Assembly: GCF_009914755.1 (NCBI RefSeq) | Contig: NC_060928.1 | Length of the DNA: 64,000 bases | Source: the human T2T-CHM13v2.0 reference genome, Homo sapiens | Reading direction: 5' to 3' (one strand) | Shown: positions 58,649-64,000 of the stretch, in pieces | How positions within the stretch are numbered: the stretch's first letter is position 1 | Layout of the letters: each line of letters starts with the position of its first letter | Made by a program: the position numbers and the translations under genes | Notes under the pieces: model-generated | The model's input: only the letters and a program-made list of their open reading frames with translations | What the model was told of the DNA's origin: nothing | Databases searched by the model: none

Positions 58649-58839
58649 CAATGTTTTTGAAATCTGGCTATAACAAGAATTACCTGTGAAGTTTTGTTTG
58701 TTTGTTTGTTTAATAGAGATACTTGTTTCCCACTTTGGAGACTGCAATTTATAGTCTGGGATGGTGGCCAGGAATCTGTATTTTTAAATAGCTCCCTGAT
58801 CAGGCGATTGCGACACACCATTGGGATTGAGAATTACTG
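58649..58839. mobile_element. MER5A-like hAT MITE
   Basis: agaattacctg...gtctgggatggtggccaggaatctgtatttttaaatagctccc...ttgagaattactg. Confidence 0.7.
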
Positions 58840-61800
58840 TGCTAATAATACTAGTTATTGCTATCATTTATTCTAATTTAAAGGTTATATTGACATCTAT
58901 CTGGGGAACAGGAGGGTTGAAAAAAACAAACCAACAATGCAGAAAATCATTGAAAAGCGCCACTTCTACAATACTTTCTAGATGCGTTTCTTGAGGTTGG
59001 AAAAAAATCATGATTTTTAGTATCTTCTCTTCCCTTCAGAGTCATAGGGTACTTAGTGATAATTTTTTGAAGTCGCAATGCTAAAATGCAGTCTCTTGAT
59101 TCACTCTAAAATTAATGGTTACTGCTTAGTCTTTAAATATTTAAGATAAAATCTGCTCAGACAAATCCTGATCCTATCCTTCATATAAATTCTGGCTACT
59201 ATAGACTGTTATTATCTCTTCCAAACACCGTGGGAGTGTTATTAATGCAGACACAGACATCTTAGATTACTCAAATGGACATGGGGATGAGGGTTAATAA
59301 AGAAAATGGTGCAGTAATCATTTAAAGCAGTTTTTGTTTGATTTTTCCAGAATATCATCATCATCAGATGCATCTTGATGCCAAAACACACACATACAGA
59401 CACACCAGCTAAAAATACAAATAGCCATTTCTTTTAAGGTCCCCTGACCCATTAACCGTTAAGTATCATAGAAATATATAAGAAAGAAAGACGAAATGTC
59501 ATTGATCGAGTGCCTGTTTAGTGCCAAGCAATACACCAGGAAACTTAGGCACACTGTGTCCTATCCATACAAAACATTTGGAAGGTAGGAATGATTCCTA
59601 TTTTACCCAAACAAAAAACAAACAAGCAAAAATAAAACCAAAATAAAACCAAACTCAGGCTCTGCAAAGCTAACTGATTTGCCCAAGATATGAATAGTAA
59701 CATCCAGAAGGCGCTCAGGCTCCTAAAGCTAATGTTCTTTTTATATCAATCCCATACATAAATCTAAGCCAACAGCAACAAAAGACTGGGTTCTGCCTCA
59801 AGCCTGGGGAATTTTAAATCATTGAAGGGACCCCTCCCCACCAAAATAAACGTTGTTGCTCAGCAGTGTGTACTCAGGAGATTGTGGCCTTAAATATAAA
59901 CAGAGTGGAGTTTGTGTGTCAGATGTTCCAGGAAGGCCCTGGTGCTCCCCCAAATCCTCCCGTACCTACTCGCAGTATAAAAAAGAGCCTCTCCTGATAC
60001 TTGGGATTTCTCCATCAGAACTTTACCCAGTAGCTGAAAGCTCCATGCCCATTCAGATTCTCTCCCACCTGGGAGGTGTAACACTTTAAACTGTCATCAG
60101 TCATTCACATTTTAGTTTTGACCTGGGGATTACAAAAGAGGAAAGGAGGGCACTAGTATCTGACTGGGGAGAGAGAATCTCCCAGAATAGAGCAGCTTTC
60201 CTGATAACCCTCACCCAAGAACCGACATAGCCTAGAGCTGGCCTCGCGCACAGCACCCTATGAGGTGGAATATGTTATAGAATTTAGATTAGACACAATC
60301 TTCTTGTCCCAGATTCAGGAACTACCCCCCAAGAAGCCTGAAGCCTCATCAAATCTGGGCTAAACTATATATTTATTTCACTTATACGTTCAGCATGTAT
60401 GTAATGGCTCTCCCCTAAGTCATTACTTGTAGGGAAAGTGTTTTAATTTTTTTTTTCCTTTATCCTGTTAGAAATAATCTTTTACAGAGAAAAACTTCTG
60501 TAAGTACCTATATCTCAACAGTACACTTTTAACACTAACTGCTGGGGTTCGGTGCCTCAACTCTGTATCTTCTACTCGTTCACTTTACCCACTCACAGAT
60601 TTGAATGAACTGCTTGTCATTGGGGAGGAACCACAGGAAGTTCTTACGGTGGTCACACTTTAGGAGAGAGAATTAGTGCCGAAGCTTTTCCTCATGGAGA
60701 AAGCTGTGGGGGGCAGATTAGGTAGCTGCATAATCTCTGGGATGTCGCGCCTGCTTTGCTTTACTCTGGCAAAACAGAGACCCACCTACGAAATGTTTCC
60801 GGGAAGGGATGAAGTGTGCCACGGAGTTTCTGAAGGAAGAAATGCAGGTAACTTGATGTCATCTGGCTATCGGCTGCCAGATGTCTTAATCTGATAGTGG
60901 ACATTAGCAATAATATTTAGTGAAAGACTCTTTTTTGGAAAGTCGGGATTGACATTTAATCCATCAGTCTGTGTCTTATCTATGTAACTCTAGTGTAAAT
61001 CTAAAAGAGATATCATACATGTAACAGTGAGAATACTTGGAATTCTGCTTTTTTAAAAATTCAGAAATAAATGGACTTGCATTAAAAACATATTCTTATA
61101 AGGGAGAAATAAAAATATGTTGTTTTCCATAATCGCAATGACATCTTAGACACATTGGAAAGGACAGCTGCTTAGTATGTTTGCAGAATATTTGGAAAAA
61201 TACATCCAATGGCAGGAGAATTGTTAGGTAAACTTCTGTGTATTTATTGGATAGTCTTTATCAGTCATCAGCCATTGATGCTTGTGAAGGCTATGTAGTA
61301 ACAAGGAAACACATTCTTGTTAAAAGATGAAAAAGCAGAACTAACACTAAACATCTACATTTGTGTCAAATATTAAAAATGTATTAATGGAAAATATTAA
61401 ATCATATAGATCTATCTGTTAACTTAATCAAATATCATATTTATTTTGAATTATTTAAATATCATCGATCTTATTTTTACTCAATAGATTTCTCAGTACA
61501 GACTGGATAGAGGGCTAATTTAAAATAGAAAGCTACTAGTTAATTTCTTCATTTCTCTGTGTTATCTGAGAATGAAGTGCTTCTAATTTTGAATGGTGTG
61601 TATTGTGTTAGGAGTTTAGACGTTTTTTCCTGCCACTTGATACAGCAGGCAAAAGCAGCTCATTAGGTAATCATCACCTAGAAATTTAAAGGTGAGGTCT
61701 GAAGAGACTATTTCTTGCTTTTGCTTTTGTTTTTTGGTTTGCTGCTGTTTCTTTTGATTTTCATTTATTTTGACTCTGAATTGTGAAATTAGTTCACCCT

Positions 61801-62714
61801 GCTCTAAGACATCTCCTACATATGAAAAAATAGAGTTTCAAGAAAGTACAGCTACAAGTTCAGTCTCATGACAAGGCTTGTCACTGTTCTCTGTTGGTTT
61901 GACTGAATGCTAGCTTTGTTCCACCTGGCCTTTGGGCACCTCTCCCTCAGGAACCAGTGGCACAGGCCACGGATGGAACTCCAGGCCTCTACCTGATTCA
62001 CTTTTTCTGAGTATGGAGAAAACACAAACAGATCACCTCATCAATCAAAGACACCTAGTAGTTTTCAAAATACAGATGAAATCTTCAATGTGAATCATTT
62101 GTGTTTAAAAAAATAGCTAAGAGAAAATAATGCATGAAGAGTGAAATAATTTTCAATTATTAAAGAGTTTAATTGCTACTCTGCTCCTTGATAGCTGAGT
62201 GACTGATGATTTAATTTCTGAACCTTGGTTTTCTTTATGTCTCTTTTCCACTATGGGTTTCAAATAAGACAACATTTTCTTGAAAGCTAAAAATACTTCA
62301 CACACATAGTAAAACGAAGTCAGGGTGTGCTGGTCCTTGAAATGGGGGAGACAGCCAGGAGGAAGAAGAAACAGCCAGTAGAAAAATAGAAGGAAAATGA
62401 TGCCAAAATAATTACATATTAGTCTTTTTTTAAGGTTTTACTATTTAACCATTGTTAATGATCTGCCCTGTTTTCATATGCTGTGATCTTAAAACATATA
62501 ATAAGATAAACTTGAATGTATCTTTAGTCCAAGGAAGAAAAATTAATTACCTGCTCAAGTACATAAGGTAGCAAGTAGAACTATCAAGTTCTGCACCAAA
62601 GTAAGATGATTTCAATGCCTACTCTCTAAGAACTTACACATGAGTAAGAAAGATAAGACAAACTAGATTAAGAGATACACAGCAACATAGGACAAATAGA
62701 AATTTAGGAGAAAT

Positions 62715-62776
62715 TCTCTCTCTCTATATGTGTGTGTGTATGTGTGTGTGTGTGTATATATGTATGTATGTATATA
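62715..62776. repeat. (TC)/(TG)/(TA) microsatellite
   Basis: ctctctctctatatgtgtgtgtgtatgtgtg...tatatat. Confidence 0.9.
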
Positions 62777-63310
62777 TTAGGGGTGAAAGGAACTTCTACC
62801 CCCTGAGGGTTCAAACATTTGAGTCTATAAAACAAACTGGCAATAGACAGATGAATAGGAGAAAAGGCATATAAATTTGTTAAAATGCAAGCACATGGGA
62901 ATCACACAAAGTATGAGACTGAAAGAAGGGCCAGATGGTTGATGCTTACATACTCTCTTCATAAGAATAGGGATGTTGAGGGTGTAGGCAATTGTAGAGG
63001 AAGAGTACATGAGTTTTAGAGGAGGTGAATGAGCCAGAAGAACAGACAATGTATCCTGGGACCAAGTTCCTCTGGCTCTGAGGTGTGGTGACTACTCTAG
63101 TCTGCCTTCCTGCACTGTGTATCAACTTCCTTCCATTGATGAGATATCTTGAGAAGCAATTCACAACCATTGAACATCTCCTGGGGATCTAGCTTTTAGG
63201 CAAGTAGGAGAACTTTAGCGAAAGCTCTTCCCTGCATTTGCAGCTCCGCAGGTGTTCTCAGTTTTAATTCCAAATGGCATATTTTAGGGTATCATTTTCT
63301 GAACCTCAAT
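62777..63310 (-). mobile_element. ERV1 LTR (MER34/MER39-like)
   Basis: aaactggcaatagacagatgaataggagaaaaggcatataaattt...gagactgaaagaagggccagatg...ggcatattttagggtatcattttctgaacctcaa. Confidence 0.7.
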
Positions 63311-63589
63311 AATACATAATTTATATTTGATTATTATTTACTATCATACATTGAGCATATATTATCTCATGAGGTTGTATATTTTTATATGTTCTAGGGA
63401 AAAATATAAAGGTGGGCAAAGACATAGGAGAGAAATGGATATGAGTGAAGAAAGACTGAGAAAATCGGAAGCCAAATTTGCAGCCCAGATTCTTGATTTA
63501 TTCTAGTGCCGAATGAGAGATATTTGCAACTTTTTCATTAGGACTTTACAAACTGCTGCTAGTACTAAAACCACCACCACTACCACCAC

Positions 63590-63780
63590 TGCAGATTAGA
63601 AAATGATCACTGTGTGCGGGCTCTTTGCTAATCATTGCTCCCCATCATCTCATTTAAGACTGATAACCCCATCTACAGGTGAGCCATCTTAGTGTCAGTA
63701 ACAACCAACCAGGAAGGGGTAGAACAGAGATGTAAATTCACACCTGGCTGACTCCAAAATCCATGCTCTTAACCTCCACA
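63590..63780 (-). mobile_element. MIR SINE
   Basis: catcatctcatttaa...ctggctgactccaaaatccatgctcttaacc. Confidence 0.6.
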
Positions 63781-64000
63781 CAATTCTCTCACCTTTCAAG
63801 TTAAAAGCATTTTTACAAAGAAAAGGTTAAATACGTAAGTTTGTAAAATATCATATTTCCATTTCACATGCAGAAGTTAGGTTTAGATAATCATGATAGA
63901 AAAGAACACACTGCCTCGATTTTTCATACGTTGACCAATTTTGACTTTAAACTCAAAATTGAGTTCAGGGATATTGTCATGTCTTTTGTATCTCTGTGCT

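Noticed and set aside
59003-59018. 16-bp palindrome aaaaatcatgattttt
   Set aside because: Short and A/T-run based; expected by chance in AT-rich 64 kb.

Overview
This is AT-rich primate (very probably human) intronic or intergenic DNA, full of Alu, L1, L2, MIR, MaLR/ERV LTR and DNA-transposon fossils. I found no recognisable protein-coding exon, RNA gene or CRISPR array, and I cannot name the host gene. The dominant feature is a very homogeneous minisatellite of 70 x 51 bp (5161-8728, no indels) that expanded from the middle of an ancient minus-strand MLT1I/J-type MaLR LTR. The array carries a CRE/AP-1-like TGACATCA site in 69 of 70 units and keeps exactly one reading frame open (the 1214-aa ORF). 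It also shows a 12-unit higher-order duplication and a transversion-rich variant spectrum, and it separates inverted Alus, two of which share the same 12-bp deletion. Secondary signals are a perfect 22-bp hairpin (28614-28665), a Tc2/Kanga transposase fossil, a templated micro-insertion in an AluY and a few candidate non-coding exons or enhancers. The sequence does not establish a new biological system; the LTR-derived VNTR is the best candidate. Repeat family names come from recalled consensus sequences and need RepeatMasker/Dfam confirmation, and boundaries of old repeats are approximate.
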